A stretch of 64,000 nucleotides of DNA from Octopus vulgaris (taxonomy: Eukaryota), in the NCBI GenBank assembly GCA_951406725.2, contig OX597820.1, positions 11,718,001 through 11,782,000 of the forward strand. The letters run 5' to 3'. Below are positions 1-12,321 of the stretch, piece after piece. The position numbers and the translations under genes were made by a program. The notes below the pieces were generated by a model, which saw nothing but the letters and a program-made list of their open reading frames with translations, did no database searches and had not been told where the DNA came from. Within the stretch, counting starts at the first letter, position 1; each line of letters starts with the position of its first letter.

Positions 1-100
1 TATTTAATCCCTAAAATAAGGTTGCTTTTGCAGAAAAAATTAGGGGAAGGGATATTTGTTTCATAAATATCCTCATCTCTCTTATATATGTACCTTGTGG

Positions 101-151
<51 letters not shown>

Positions 152-1154
152 TGTATAGGATGTGTGTATATAATATATATTTTATATTTATTATATATAT
201 ATATATATATATGTTTATATATACTATATATTCTCTCTATATATACGTACTGCGGTTAATTTGCTCCACTAAATTTCTGAAGACGAGCCCTAGCATGACG
301 GCAGTGAAATAATTGTAACAAGATTATATATATATATATTATATACACATATTATTATTTAACAAGAATTGTATTGATTGTGACTTCGGAGTTTCCGTTA
401 ACCAATCTACCATCGGGACTTGAGTTTAACGTAAAATTATTCTTATAGTTAAGTCTTCCCAAATTCCAGGCCTTGTGCCTATAAGTAGTAAGGATTTATA
501 GTCAAACATAAAAACAAACAATATCCATCCATCCATCCATCCATCTATAGCCATCTATCTATATAATTCTATCTATCTATCTATCTATATTTATATAATA
601 CATATATATCTGCCTTCTGAGTGAACGTATTTTTATAGTAATCTAGTAATCACACCCTCGCTACTCCTCTGCAAACGACAGCTAAGGCAAAACCACATGC
701 CCCACATGCTATACACGTTTTCCCATTCACTAAACATGAAAATAGCTTGCATTTCATTATTTCATCATCACAGAAGGCCGTCGTCCGTCGTTGCCAAATG
801 GCTTTCTTTATCTTCTCCCTCTATATTTATATTTCTCAAGCTGCATTTTACAAGCCTGAAATCCAAACACACACAATAATTTATCAAACATAAAATGTAG
901 TTATTTTATTTTATTTAATCCCCATTGTGTGTGTGTGATGCTTATATGTTAATGCGAATGCCCGCGCTTATGTATGTGTGTGTGTGTGTGTGTAGGTGTG
1001 CGGTAGGTGTGTGAGCGCGCTTATGCGCGTGCGCACGCGCTTCTGTTTATGTCTGCAATATGAGCGCGATTTTTCCATCACCAGGCGAAGATATATCTAC
1101 GCGGTATCTTAAAGGTGTCTTGTTATTACAGATGTATATATAATGTTCAAAGGC

Positions 1155-1203
<49 letters not shown>

Positions 1204-1393
1204 TATATATACATATATACATATATATATACAGCACTTTAGTCATGCCGTCATGCTAGCGGCGCACCTCTTTTTCTCTCTCTCCCTCTCTCTCTCTGTA
1301 TATATATATATAATTTTATTTGTTAGGGAATAAAAATTCCAGCATAACAGGGGTTCAAATTATTCTCAATGAGAAAAAATATATATATATATA

Positions 1394-1558
1394 GGCGCAG
1401 GAGTGGCTGTGTGGTAAGTAGCTTGCTAACCAACCACATGGTTCTTGGTTCAGTCCCACTGCGTGGCATCTTGGGCAAGTGTCTTCTGCTATAGCCCCGG
1501 GCCGACCAAAGCCTTGTGAGTGGATTTGGAAGACGGAAACTGAAAGAAGCCCGTCGTA

Positions 1559-1621
<63 letters not shown>

Positions 1622-1803
1622 CTGTGTTTGTCCCCCTAGCATTGCTTGACAACCGATGCTGGTGTGTTTACGTCCCCGTTACTTAGCGGTTCGGCAAAAG
1701 AGACTGATAGAACAAGTACTGAGCTTACAAAGGAATAAGTCCCGGGGTCGAGTTGCTCGATTAAAGGCGGTGCTCCAGCATGACTGAAACAAGTAAAAGA
1801 GTA
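1394..1803 (+). mobile_element. SINE family A (tRNA-like head, CCTTGGGCAAGTG motif, internal (TA)n(TG)n, AAAAGAGT tail), full length
   Basis: GGCGCAGGAGTGGCTGTGTGGTAAG (A-box-like) ... GGTTCAGTCCC (B-box-like) ... CAAGTAAAAGA; more than 20 homologous full or partial copies in the window. Confidence 0.9.
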
Positions 1804-2029
1804 ATATGTAGGGAAAGTGAGAGAGAGAGGTGTGCCCTGAAATTTCATACCTAATGAGAAAAGAAAAAGGGCCTGCCACCCTTTTTTCCTCATTTATTTA
1901 TTTCTATCATTCCTGCGTTGTCTGCAATGGAAACTACGACGGTTCTGAATAAAATAAAATATATTTTACACTTCCATCTTCTCCTAACCCTATTTTAGTG
2001 CCCGTGAAATGTAGGGACAGCTATTCACT

Positions 2030-2140
2030 TTTAAAGGGGCACCACTTTTGGGTCTTGCTGTAGGCAATATGTGCTTTTTGTGAGGTCCGGGGGCGGCAAA
2101 CGGAAGGGTCGCTCCGGACGGCACACGCTAGCGCAACTAG
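2030..2140 (-). mobile_element. Partial copy of the hAT-like MITE at 41509-41664
   Basis: Reverse-complement similarity (TTTAAAGGGGCA...TTGGGTC...GCTGTAGGCAATATGTG...CGGCACAC.CTAGC). Confidence 0.65.
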
Positions 2141-2909
2141 TTTTTCTTTTCTCTCTCTCTCTCTCTCTCTCTCAATATGTGTGTGTGTGTGTGTGTGTGT
2201 ATATGAGGCAAAAAATATGACACAAAGAGGGGTAGATTTATCCGCTGGAAATAGCGGGTGTGTAGACAGGAAACTATTTTACGTTTCTAGTACATACGCT
2301 CATTCTGATAGAAAGAACAGACAAGGAAAGAAAAATAAAACGAAGAACGAAAATGGAGAAACGAACGCACGTGTGTATAATAACCCACACGATCATGTGT
2401 GTGTGTGTAGTTATGTCGGGTGGTCCTCGGGTTACTTGGCGTCCCGGTGCAAATGCATTTTCGGACCCCCTTGATAAATAACTTTCGAAAAATGTTCGCA
2501 AAGAGGAAATCCTGCCGATATAGAAATAAAAAGAGTATGTTAAAATATAGGAGCTAAATAGGCTATGTGAAATATAAACACAAACATGGAAATTTCAGCT
2601 CGTCTTTGCAGTAACGCTCTCCATCTACCGCGCTCTCTCTGACGTTCCGCAATCGTCGTGTTTGCTTGTGTATAAGTTGCACAATTTTATATTTGATGTG
2701 AACAGTGGTGGGGAAAAAAAAAAGCAAAAAAGAAAAATACTGGGGGTGACTTATACACGGAGGAGGGGGACAAAGGTAGCAGTTACGAAGGGAGTAAAAA
2801 AAAAAAGTCTTGTACCAAGATTTAACACTAAATTAAGGGTGTATATGGCTTATACACGAATAAATACGGAATGTTACAATAATAACAAGATTCAATATTC
2901 AAGAAATTT

Positions 2910-3270
2910 AAGGCGGAGAGCTTGCAGAAACGTTAGCACGCCGGGCGAAATGCGTAGCCGTATTTCGTCTGCCTTTCATCCTTTCGGGGTCGATAAATTA
3001 AGTACCACTTACGCACTGGGGTCAATGTGATCGACTTAATCCGTTTGTCTGTCCTTGTTTGTCCTCTCTGTGTTTAGCCCCTTGTGTGCAGTAAAGAAAT
3101 AGGTATTTTGTCTGTGTTTACGTTCAAAGTTCAAATTCGGCCGAGGTCGACTTTGCCTTTCATCTTTTCGGAGTCGATAAAATTAAGTACCAGTTGCGTA
3201 CTGGGGTCGATCTAATCGACTGCCCCGTCTCCCCCCAAATTTCGGGCTTTGTACCTAGAGTAGGAAAAAA
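2910..3270 (+). mobile_element. SINE family B (tRNA-like head, GCCTTTCATCCTTTCGGGGTCGATAAATTAAGTACCAG central domain), dimeric
   Basis: Head AGGCGGAGAGCTTGCAGAAACGTTAGCACGCCGG; the body restarts after AAAGAAATAG|GTATTT; the central domain resembles the MetaSINE-type domain (from memory, unverified). Confidence 0.85.
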
Positions 3271-3502
3271 AAAATAGCACGATGGACAAAGTGCTTAGCA
3301 GCATTTCGTCTGTCTTCGCGTTCGTCCCGAGTTGACTTTGCTTTTCATCCTGTCAGGATCGATAAAATAAGTACTAGTTGAGAACTGGTGCCAAAATCAA
3401 TACTCATTTGAAATCAATACTCAAGGAATTTCGCATTTAATTTTTACTAAATGTTATATTTTTCTCTCTATTGGTTGTTACGTGTTGTTGTGTAACAAAC
3501 AC

Positions 3503-3910
3503 AGAAGTAGCTGTGTGGTAAGTAGCTTGCTTACCAACCATATGGTTCCGTGTTCAGTCCCACTGCATGGCACCTTGCACAAGTGTCTTCTACTATAGCC
3601 TCAGGCCGACCAAAACCTTGTGAGTGGATTCGGTAGACGGAAACTGAAAGAAGCCTGTTGTATATATGTATACATATATATATATGTATGTGTATATGTT
3701 TGTGTGTCAGTGTTTGTCCCCCACCAACATTGCTTGACAACCAATGGTGGTGTGTTTACGTCCCCATAACTTAGTGGTTCGGCAAAAGAGACCGATAGAA
3801 TAAGTACTAGGCATCCAAAGAATAAGTCCTGGGGTCGATTTGCTCGACTAAAAAGGTAGTGCTCCAGCATGGTCGCAGTCAAATGACTGAAACAAGTAAA
3901 AGAGTAAAGA
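3503..3910 (+). mobile_element. SINE family A
   Basis: Colinear with 1394-1803, with several CpG>TpG/CpA changes. Confidence 0.9.
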
Positions 3911-4108
3911 GTCACATGGACATGTGCACATATACACACAACGGGATTCCACGCAGTTCACCATGTGCTAAATTCACTCACGAGGCATTGGGTAAATCCA
4001 GGTCTACAGGAGACACTTGCCCACGGTGCCTTACACTGAGGCTGAACCCAAAACCACATCACACAACCATGTTCACATCTACCTCATAGATGTTTACATA
4101 CAAACATA

Positions 4109-4505
4109 GGCAGAGGCATGGCTGAGTGGTAAGAAGCTTGCTTCCCAAACCACATGGTTCCGGGTTCAGTCCCACTGCGTGGCACCTTGGGCAAGTGTCT
4201 TCTACTATAGCCTTGGGCTGACCAAAGCCTTGTGAATGGATTTGGTAGAGGGAAACTGAAAGAAGCCCGTTGTATATATATGTATATGTGTGTTTGTATG
4301 TATGTATTTGTGTCTGTGTTTGTCCCCTACATCATCGCCTGACAACTGATATTTGGCGTGTTTACGTCCCCTGTAACTTAGCGGTTCGGTAATAGAGATT
4401 GATAGAATAAGTACTAGGCTTACAAAGAATAAGTCCTGGGGGTCGATTTATTCAACTAAAAAAGCAGTGCTCCAGCATGGCTGAAACAAATAAAAGAATA
4501 AAGAA
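4109..4505 (+). mobile_element. SINE family A
   Basis: Colinear with 1394-1803. Confidence 0.9.
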
Positions 4506-5039
4506 TTCTATTAAAAGTAGGGAAGTGGGTTGCAAAATTGTTTTTATAAGAATTTAATGATTTTGACTTGCTCCCAAACTGTGATGGTAACAGGAAGCAG
4601 ATGCAGGACCAGTAAGAGATGACTCCAATTGATATGTTAACCAGGAAAGCAAAAAAGGGCCCATTGATACATAATGGCTCCCTTCCTAAAAGGTCCACCC
4701 TCCACTCAAAAAAACCAGAAAATCTCATTGAAGTTGAGAGCTCATTTCCTGCCAAAGTCCCTAAAAACACTTTGCAAAAATTCTATCAGTAGACACCATC
4801 ATCATCATCATTAACCCCTTGGCATTATTGTCTTGATTTCTAGGATTCATAATGCCAGTTACCTGGTTTTCATGGCATATAAGTGAACAAGACCTCACTA
4901 GTCTCCTTGAATGGGGTGCCAGTTTGTCGCAGAGTTACCTTCTAACAACAAGTCTAAAGTAATGGAGCTGTGTCCCCTCAATGTGGAGAAGTAGGGGCTT
5001 GATCAGGAGAGATTCCTTAATCTCTGAGATACTGGCTAT

Positions 5040-5404
5040 TTCATCATCATCAACATCATCATCATTATTATTCAGAGTCTGCTTTCCATGCTGGCATGGG
5101 TCGGACAGTTTGACTGGAACTGTTAAGCCATAGAGCTGTACCAGGCTCCAGTCTGATTTTGGCTTGGTTTCTACAGCTGAATGCCCTTCCTAATGCCAAC
5201 CACTCCAAAAAAGTAGTGGGTTCCTTTTACATGTCACTGGCACTGTCCACGTCTATGCTTTCACTTGCCCTGATCAGTCTTCTCAAGCACAGCAAACTCA
5301 AGCACAGGTCTCCATCATTTATCATTGCCTCCCTGAGACCCAACATCTGAAGATCATGGCTTCAGCACCTCGTCCCCTGTCTTCCTAGGTCTACCTCTTC
5401 CACA
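5040..5404 (-). mobile_element. RTE-clade LINE 3' end (family C) including the ORF C-terminus
   Basis: Minus strand 5404->5310 reads CGRGRPRKTGDEVLK/DLQMLGLREAM (frameshifted GRPRKTW-type RTE C-terminus), then GGAAGGGCATT segment and (GAT)n tail. Confidence 0.75.
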
Positions 5405-5510
5405 CATATACAAAATATAATACTAACAGCAGTCATTTAAAATTGAAAAAGAGGTAAGCAGGTGGCAGTAGAGGAAGGATGTTAAAAGGGGATATATGTA
5501 TATGTGTGTG

Positions 5511-5891
5511 GTGGAAGCACTCCGTCGGTTACGACGACGAGGGTTCCGGTTGATCCGATCAACGGAACAGCCTGCTCGTGAAATTAACGTGTAAGTGGCT
5601 GAGCACTCCACAGACACATGTACCATTAACGTAGTTCTCGGGGATATTCAGCATGACAGAGAGTGACAAGGCCGGCCCTTTGAAATACAGGTACAACAGA
5701 AACAGGAAGTAAGAGTGAGAGAAAATTGTGGTGAAAGAGTACAGCAGGGATCACCACCATCCCCTACTGGAGCCTCGTGGAGCTTTAGGTGTTTTCGCTC
5801 AATAAACACTCACAACGCCCGGTCTGGGAATCGAAACCGCGATCCTACGACCGCGAGTCCGCTGCCCTAACCACTGGGCCATTGCGCCCCC
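5511..5891 (-). mobile_element. SINE family D (tRNA-Arg-like head; octopus OR-type), full length
   Basis: Minus strand GGCGCAATGGCCCAGTGGTTAGGGCAGCGGACTCGCGGTCGTAGGATCGCGGTTTCGATTCCC; near-identical to 21944-22328. Confidence 0.9.
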
Positions 5892-6097
5892 ACATATGTG
5901 TGTATAAGTAAGTGGAAAGAAAGATGTTTAATACTTCGGCATTTCAGCCAGCCATATCCAGCACAAATAGGTTCTACCAGCCTGATTGATTTATGTTCTA
6001 CCAGTCAGATCCAGCCTATCACACCTGCTCCTTCTGAAAACATACAATCACATCATCAAAATTTCAAAGCTATGAGATAATGCATGATTAATTATAA

Positions 6098-6257
6098 AGT
6101 AGGAGTGGCTGTGTGGTAAGTAGCTTGCTCACCAACCACATGGTTCCGGGTTCAGTCCCACTTTGTGGCGCCTTGGGCAAGTGTCTTCTACTATAGCCTC
6201 AGGCTAACCAAAACCTTGTGAGTGGATTTGGTAGACGGAAACTGGAAGAAGCCTGTC

Positions 6258-6320
<63 letters not shown>

Positions 6321-6520
6321 CATGTATATGTTTGTGTGTCTGTGTTTGTCCCCCCAACATCGCTTGACAACCGATGCGGGTGGGTTTATGTCCCCGTAAC
6401 TTAGCGGTTCGGCAAAGGAGACTGATAGAATAAGTCCTGAGGGTCGATTTGCTCCCCCAAAAATGCGGTGCTCCAGCATGGCCACAGTCAAATGACCGAA
6501 ACCAGTAAAAGAGTAAAAGA
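6098..6520 (+). mobile_element. SINE family A
   Basis: Colinear with 1394-1803. Confidence 0.9.
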
Positions 6521-6818
6521 GATAGAGAAATCTGAATGCTAACGAGCTAAGTGGTCAATGTAAGGACAGGTAATCAAAAACCAGCATTTTCATGATCTAA
6601 TAATGTCCAAGCTGTTGCCATTATCCTAGTTCTTTTTCTTCTTTCATATCCAAGACTGCAGCATCCCTGGAGATATTTTCAGTTTGTCATCATCATCATT
6701 TTAACACTCACTGTTTGCATGATGGTAATGCTTGCTTACAACCAACAAGCAATGTTCAGGCAATGAGACCTGCAATGCATACACATTCATATATATATAA
6801 ATATATATATAGATATAG

Positions 6819-7045
6819 ACCAATTAAGGACTGAACACGAAAAGTGGACAGTCAACATGCTAGATATAGACGTCAAATCGCCATTCTCCACAAAAGTCTA
6901 TGTTCTCAGATCAAACTCAACACAATACATTTTGTTTTGTGTTGAGTTTGATCTGAGAACATAGACTTTTTGTGGAGAATGGCGATTTGACGTCTATATC
7001 TAGCATGTTGACTGTCCACTTTTTCGTGTTCAGTCCTTAATTGGT
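6819..7045. repeat. Near-perfect palindrome (about 107-bp arms, 11-nt spacer) of a dispersed TA-flanked repeat
   Basis: 6819-6925 is the reverse complement of 6937-7045 except for two homopolymer lengths; a single arm recurs at 39430-39536. Confidence 0.95.
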
Positions 7046-7199
7046 ATATATAAATATTTTAATCTTCGGATTCTTTCTTTAATATGCTAGACCACTGGTT
7101 CTAATTGATAAATATCAATTTTTACCCTAAATTTAATGTTATATAGATATAGAGATATATATAAATAAATATATATATATATATAGAAAAAAATATATC

Positions 7200-7377
7200 T
7201 CTTTTACTTGTTTCAGTCATTTGACTGTGGTCATGCTCGAGCACCGCCTTTAGTCGAGCAAATCGACCCCAGGATTTATTCTTTGTAAGCCTAGTACTTA
7301 TTCTATTGGTCTTTTTTGTTGAATCTCTAAGTTACGGGGACGTAAACACACCAGCATCTGTTGTCAAGTGATGTTGG

Positions 7378-7415
<38 letters not shown>

Positions 7416-7626
7416 CATCATCATCATCATCATCATCGTTATATATATATATATTTACACACACATATACATACGATGGGCTTCTTTCAGTTTCCGTCTA
7501 CCAAATCCACTCACAAGGCATCAGACTATAGTAGAAGACACTTGCCCAAGGTGCCACGCAGTGGGACTGAACCCGGAACTATGTGGTTGGTAAGCAAGCT
7601 ACTTACCACACAGCCACTCCTACGTC
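7200..7626 (-). mobile_element. SINE family A
   Basis: Reverse complement of family A; internal microsatellite includes (CAT)n. Confidence 0.9.
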
Positions 7627-7627
7627 T

Positions 7628-7880
7628 ATAAATAAATATAAATAAATATATATATAAATATAATTATAAATATATATATAAATAAATATATAAATATATA
7701 TATAAATAAATATAATTATAAATATATATATAAATAAATATATATATATATATATAAATAAATATGTAAAAATAAATATATATAAATAAATATAAATAAA
7801 TATATATAAATAAATATATATATAAATAAATAATATATATATATAAATAATAAATAAATATATACATATATATATAGTAA
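7628..7880. repeat. (TA)n/(TAAA)n AT-only low-complexity tract
   Basis: Direct reading. Confidence 0.95.
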
Positions 7881-8737
7881 TGCATACACATTCATATATA
7901 TAATATGTGTGTGTGTGTAATATACACTTAGCATCTTTCAGTTTCCAACTACTGAATCCACCTAAGGCTTTGGTCAGCCTAGGGCTGTAGTAGAAAATAA
8001 TTACCCTAGGTGCTATGCATTGAGACTAAACCTGGGACCATGCAGTTGGGAAGTAAAGCCCCTAATACATAGTCATGTCTGCATCTATCAGTTCCTTTTC
8101 AAAAACCAGAGCGAGATCTGAGGGAGATTTCATTGTTGGTTTCAGTTTTCTTTTGATTGCAGAAGAAATAATCTGCAAAAATCAAACCCCTTACTTTCAA
8201 GCATACAGGTGCCTGTGTAGCTGTATGGTATGAAGCTTACTTCCCAACCACATGGTTCCGGGTTCAGTCCCCCTTCGTGACACCCTGAGCAAGTGTCTTC
8301 TACTATACCCACCTGTCGTCCAAAACCTTGTTAACGGATTTCGTAGACGGAAACTGAAAGAAGCTTGTCATATAAACATATATATGGTTATGTTACCATG
8401 CCAGGTGAAATGCTTAATGGTATTTCGTTTGTCTTTGCGTTCTGAGTTCAAATTCAGCCAAGTTTGATTTTGTTCGTCTTTATGTTCTGAGTTCAAATTC
8501 TGCCGAGGTCGACTTTGCCTGTCATCCTTTCGGGGTCGATAAATTAAGTACCAGTTGCACATTAGGGTTGATCTAATCGACTGGTCCCCTCCACAAAAAT
8601 GTTGGGCCTTGTGCCTGGAGTACAAAAGTATATATATGGTTAGGTGAAAATAAATATGGAGAAAAAAAATCAACAACGCGAGGACGTTGTACATGCAAAG
8701 TATTAATAAGATGCTCCGAGAAGGAAGAAAATGTGGT

Positions 8738-8775
8738 TATTTTACGTTTCGAGCAGAAGCTCTTCTTCAGAAACA
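8738..8775 (-). ncRNA. Minimal type I hammerhead ribozyme (PLE-type)
   Basis: UGUUU-CUGAAGA-A-GAGC(UUCU)GCUC-GAAA-CG-UA^-AAAUA: intact core, 4-bp stem II, 5-bp stem I, palindromic ACGU stem III. Confidence 0.85.
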
Positions 8776-10044
8776 GGTGACATCGGGAAGTCCAAAAGAA
8801 AAGGAAGGAGAAGGAAAAAAAAGAAAATTGCCCACAGTCCACATGTAGTTACATCTTGGAATGACTGAAAGTAGATGGACAAAGAGAAAGTGCTTTCTGG
8901 GAAAGGAGAGTGTGAAGAATGGTTGATATCTGTGTGCGTGTGGTGGTGACATGTGTGTGTGTGTGGCAGTCACTGAGTGTGTGTGTGTGCCTGTAGTGGT
9001 GACTGTGTATGCAGTATTAACTTTTTACATGTGTATGTCTATGTAAGCGATCTGTGTGTGACTGTTAATGTCATGGTGAGAGATGAGCAACTGGGTGGTT
9101 GTGCGTTTTTGCATGTGTCCAGAGATGGGATGGTCAGTAGTGAGTCGGGCAGTTTGAAGGGTGTTTGAGAGGCAGTCTGTAGGGTGAGTGAATGGATGGG
9201 TGTGGATGTGTGTGTGTGTGTGTGTTGGCATGTGTATGCAGACGGAGTGGGAATGTATGTGTATGGGTTGGATGTGTCCCACACTCTTTGTGTCACTGTC
9301 TGTCTGTCTGTCTCTGTATGTATGTGTATGTCTGTGTGTACCAGTGTGTACGTGTGTGTATGTACATGTGCTTGTGCTGTGTGCGTTGGCATGTGTGCAT
9401 AGACAGAGTGGCAATGTGTATGTGTATATGTATGTGTGTGTAAAAGTGTATGTACATGTGTGTATATGTGTTGTGTGTGGGGGGTATATGTGTGTTGTGT
9501 GTAGAGAGCTGTGTGTGTGGAGGTGTGTATGTGCATGAGAGGGAGAGGTGGTGGGATGGGGTGGGGTATAGGAATAGGTGATAAAAAAAATCAATACAAA
9601 TAATAGAAATAAGTAGGAAATAGTAAAATAAAACCTTAAAGGGGAAAGACTGCATGAACGAATCAATGACAAAAATAAGATAAAATAAAACATAAAAAGA
9701 TAAAAAATGTAACATTATAAAAATTAAACAAAATATAATAAAAAATAAAATAAAATATAAATGAAATAATAGAATAAAAATAAAATAAAAATAAATGATA
9801 AAATAAAATGAATAAAAATAAAAAATAGAAAAAATAGAAAATAATAAATAAAATAAAAGGATCAAAATAAACAAGTACAACAGTAACAAAAATAAACGAA
9901 TAAAAAATGAAAAATTAATAAAAATGAATAAAAAGTAAAAGGAATAAATGATAAAAGTTATAAAATATGAATAAAAATAATAAATAAATGAGTAAAAATA
10001 AGACAGGATAAAAAGTTATTTTTTAAGGAAGGTGTGGAGGTAGT

Positions 10045-10480
10045 CATTGAGAGGAGGGTGTCATTTTAAGTCCGAGCGGTGTTTGAGTATGTATAGTAAA
10101 AATGTGATGCTGTTCCAGGAGGAGTCTAGAGATTATAAATCCATTGTGTAGGGCAAGGCCGGAGATGGTGATATTTGAGGTGGAGTGGTTAGCCAAGTGA
10201 AAACGATGGGCGATGGGGGCGTTTGTATGTAGACAAACGTCTTGTAAGATGTTCGGTGAACTGGTTGGCTAGCCGGTGGCCCGTTTGACCAATGTAAAGT
10301 TTGTAGCAGAGATTTACACCTGATGCAGTAAATAAGTCTGAAAGGAGTGCAGGAGAAGGAGATTCTAATGTAGAGGGTGTGCGGGTGGATCCAGTGAGGG
10401 AGGTGGTGTCGGTGATTAAAGTACAGGTGTGACAATGGGATCTGGAGCGAAGGAAGTATCCAGGTAGGGTTGGAGGGTAC
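10045..10480 (-). pseudogene. GIY-YIG endonuclease domain of a Penelope-like element (frameshifted)
   Basis: Spliced across frames: SHCHTC..., FSCTPFRLIYCIRC, CYKLYIGQTGHRLANQFTEHL, APIAHRFHLANHS...ISGL...RLLLEQHHIFTIHTQTPLGLK. Confidence 0.85.
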
Positions 10481-10717
10481 TACAGACATCTGTGTGTGTG
10501 TCTCAGTGTCTGCATTGGACCCATCCCCATCACTGCTTGACAACTGCCGTTGGTGTGTCTATGTTCCCATAACTTAGTGGTTCAGCAAAAGGGACTGATA
10601 AAAATAAGTACTAGCCTTAAAAAAAGAAATCCCGGGTCGATTTGTTTGACTAAAACCCCCTCAAGGCTGTGCTCCAGCATGGCCGCAAGTGACTGAAACA
10701 TAAAAGAATCAATGATA

Positions 10718-10873
10718 GGCGCAGGAGCGGCTGTGTGGTAAGTAGCTTGCTTACTATGGTTCCGGGTTCAGCCCCACTGCATGGTACCTTGGGCAAGTGT
10801 CTTCTACTATAGCCTCAAGCCGACCAAAGCCTTGTGAGTGGATTTGGTAGACGGAAACAGAAAGAAGCCCGTC

Positions 10874-10920
<47 letters not shown>

Positions 10921-11140
10921 TATATGTTTGTGTGTCTGTGTTTGTCCCCCCAACATCGCTTGACAACCGGTGCTGGTGTGTTTACGTCCCCGTAACTTAG
11001 AAGTTCGGCAAAAACTGACTGATTAGAATACATACTAGGCTTACAAAGAATAAGTCCTGGAGTAGATTTGCTCGACTAAAAGGCGCTGCTCCAGCATGGC
11101 CGCAGTCAAATCACTGAAACAAGTAAACAAATAAAAGAAT
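10718..11140 (+). mobile_element. SINE family A (preceded by a 3'-half copy at about 10490-10710)
   Basis: Colinear with family A. Confidence 0.9.
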
Positions 11141-11379
11141 ATGTATAATTTGATAAAATTAATCCTTTCGTTACCACATTATCGTTGAAATAAGCAAATT
11201 TTGTTTCAATTAATTTTGAAGATAAAGAATTTAGTAAACATTTGACATAAGCTGAATTATGCATCTGCGCTCCTTACCTTTTTTTTTTCTATCTTCAGTT
11301 GCCTTGTTTACATTAACGTATTCAGTGCTTATGTAACTTTCAAGGCTTGCTCTGAACTCTAAAAAAAAATCTGCAGCGA

Positions 11380-11675
11380 TCATCATCATCATCATCATCA
11401 TTTAACGTCCGCTTTCCATGCTAGCATGGGTTGGATGGTTTGACTGAGGACTGGCGAACCAGATGGCTGCACCAGGCTCCAATCTTGATCTGGCAGAGTT
11501 TCTACAGCTGGATGCCTTTCCTAACGCCAACCACTCTGAGAATGTAGTGGGTGCTTTTTATGTGCCACCGGCATGAGAGCCAGTCAGGCGGTACTGGCAA
11601 CGACCTTGCTCGAATCTTTTACACATGCCACCGGCACAGGTGCCAGTGAAGCGACGTTGGTAATGATCACGCTCA
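11380..11675 (-). mobile_element. Family C (RTE-type 3' end)
   Basis: (CAT)n-TTTAACGTCCGCTTTCCATGCTAGCATGGG...CAGCTGGATGCC..CCTAACGCC. Confidence 0.85.
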
Positions 11676-12032
11676 TATAAACATAAAAATGTCAAGCTGA
11701 AATGTGGAACACAAATTCACATAAGATTTTAATGGAAGGCTGGGCAGTCTCAGGTGCTGCCTGACTCTGTTGTGGTTTAACTCTTTAATATTCACATTGT
11801 TTGGAATGAATCAAGCATTTGCTCGTAGCTAAGACATTTTCATGATGTGATTGCTTAGTGTTAGAAACACATTGTAGGACAGGTGTGAGAGGCCAGATCA
11901 AGCCAGTTTTAACATAAAACTGGTTCAGGCCAGATATGGCCAGTTTGAATGCTAAAAGGTTAAAAATCTTTTTATGACTTCTTATGAAATCAAGGTGCCT
12001 TGCAGTATACAAAGCTTTGTATAGACAGTGTG

Positions 12033-12140
12033 TGGAGGCACAATGACCTAGTTGTTAGGGCAGTGGACTCGAGGTCATAGGATCGCAGTTTCGACTTCCA
12101 GACTAGGTGTTGTGAGTGTTTATTGAGCGGAAACACCAGG
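12033..12140 (+). mobile_element. SINE family D head fragment
   Basis: Degenerate GGAGGCACAATGACCTAG...TTTATTGAGCGGAAACACC. Confidence 0.7.
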
Positions 12141-12321
12141 ACGGGCGCATCAGATCTTTATCCTTCCAAAATCGATAAAATAAGTACTATTCATATTGAA
12201 TCCACTTTTCCCTCAACCTCCAAACAATGTTGTGACTACGTCAGAAGAAATCATTGTCCTCCTCCTCCTCTCAGGGTCAGGGAAGAGCACAAGCTGCCAC
12301 AATGCAACAAGCATTGGACCT

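Larger units (their letters stand above)
8650..10480 (-). mobile_element. Penelope-like retroelement 3' portion: GIY-YIG relic, low-complexity tail, hammerhead-bearing pLTR
   Basis: GIY-YIG motifs at about 10480->10060 and a hammerhead at 8775->8738 on the same strand, in the order expected for a PLE; continuity across the low-complexity middle is inferred. Confidence 0.75.

Noticed and set aside
375-425. Hammerhead-like motif on minus (CCGAUGG...GAAACUCCGAAGUC)
   Set aside because: Two core mismatches and no convincing stem I or II; may be a decayed PLE motif but is not supportable.
4619-4792. 57-aa plus-strand ORF MTPIDMLTRKAKK... overlapping a 104-aa minus ORF
   Set aside because: No recognisable domain or splice context.
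9025-9889. 165-222 aa His/Thr- or Phe/Ile-rich ORFs
   Set aside because: Translations of degenerate (CA)n and (TTTTA)n tracts.
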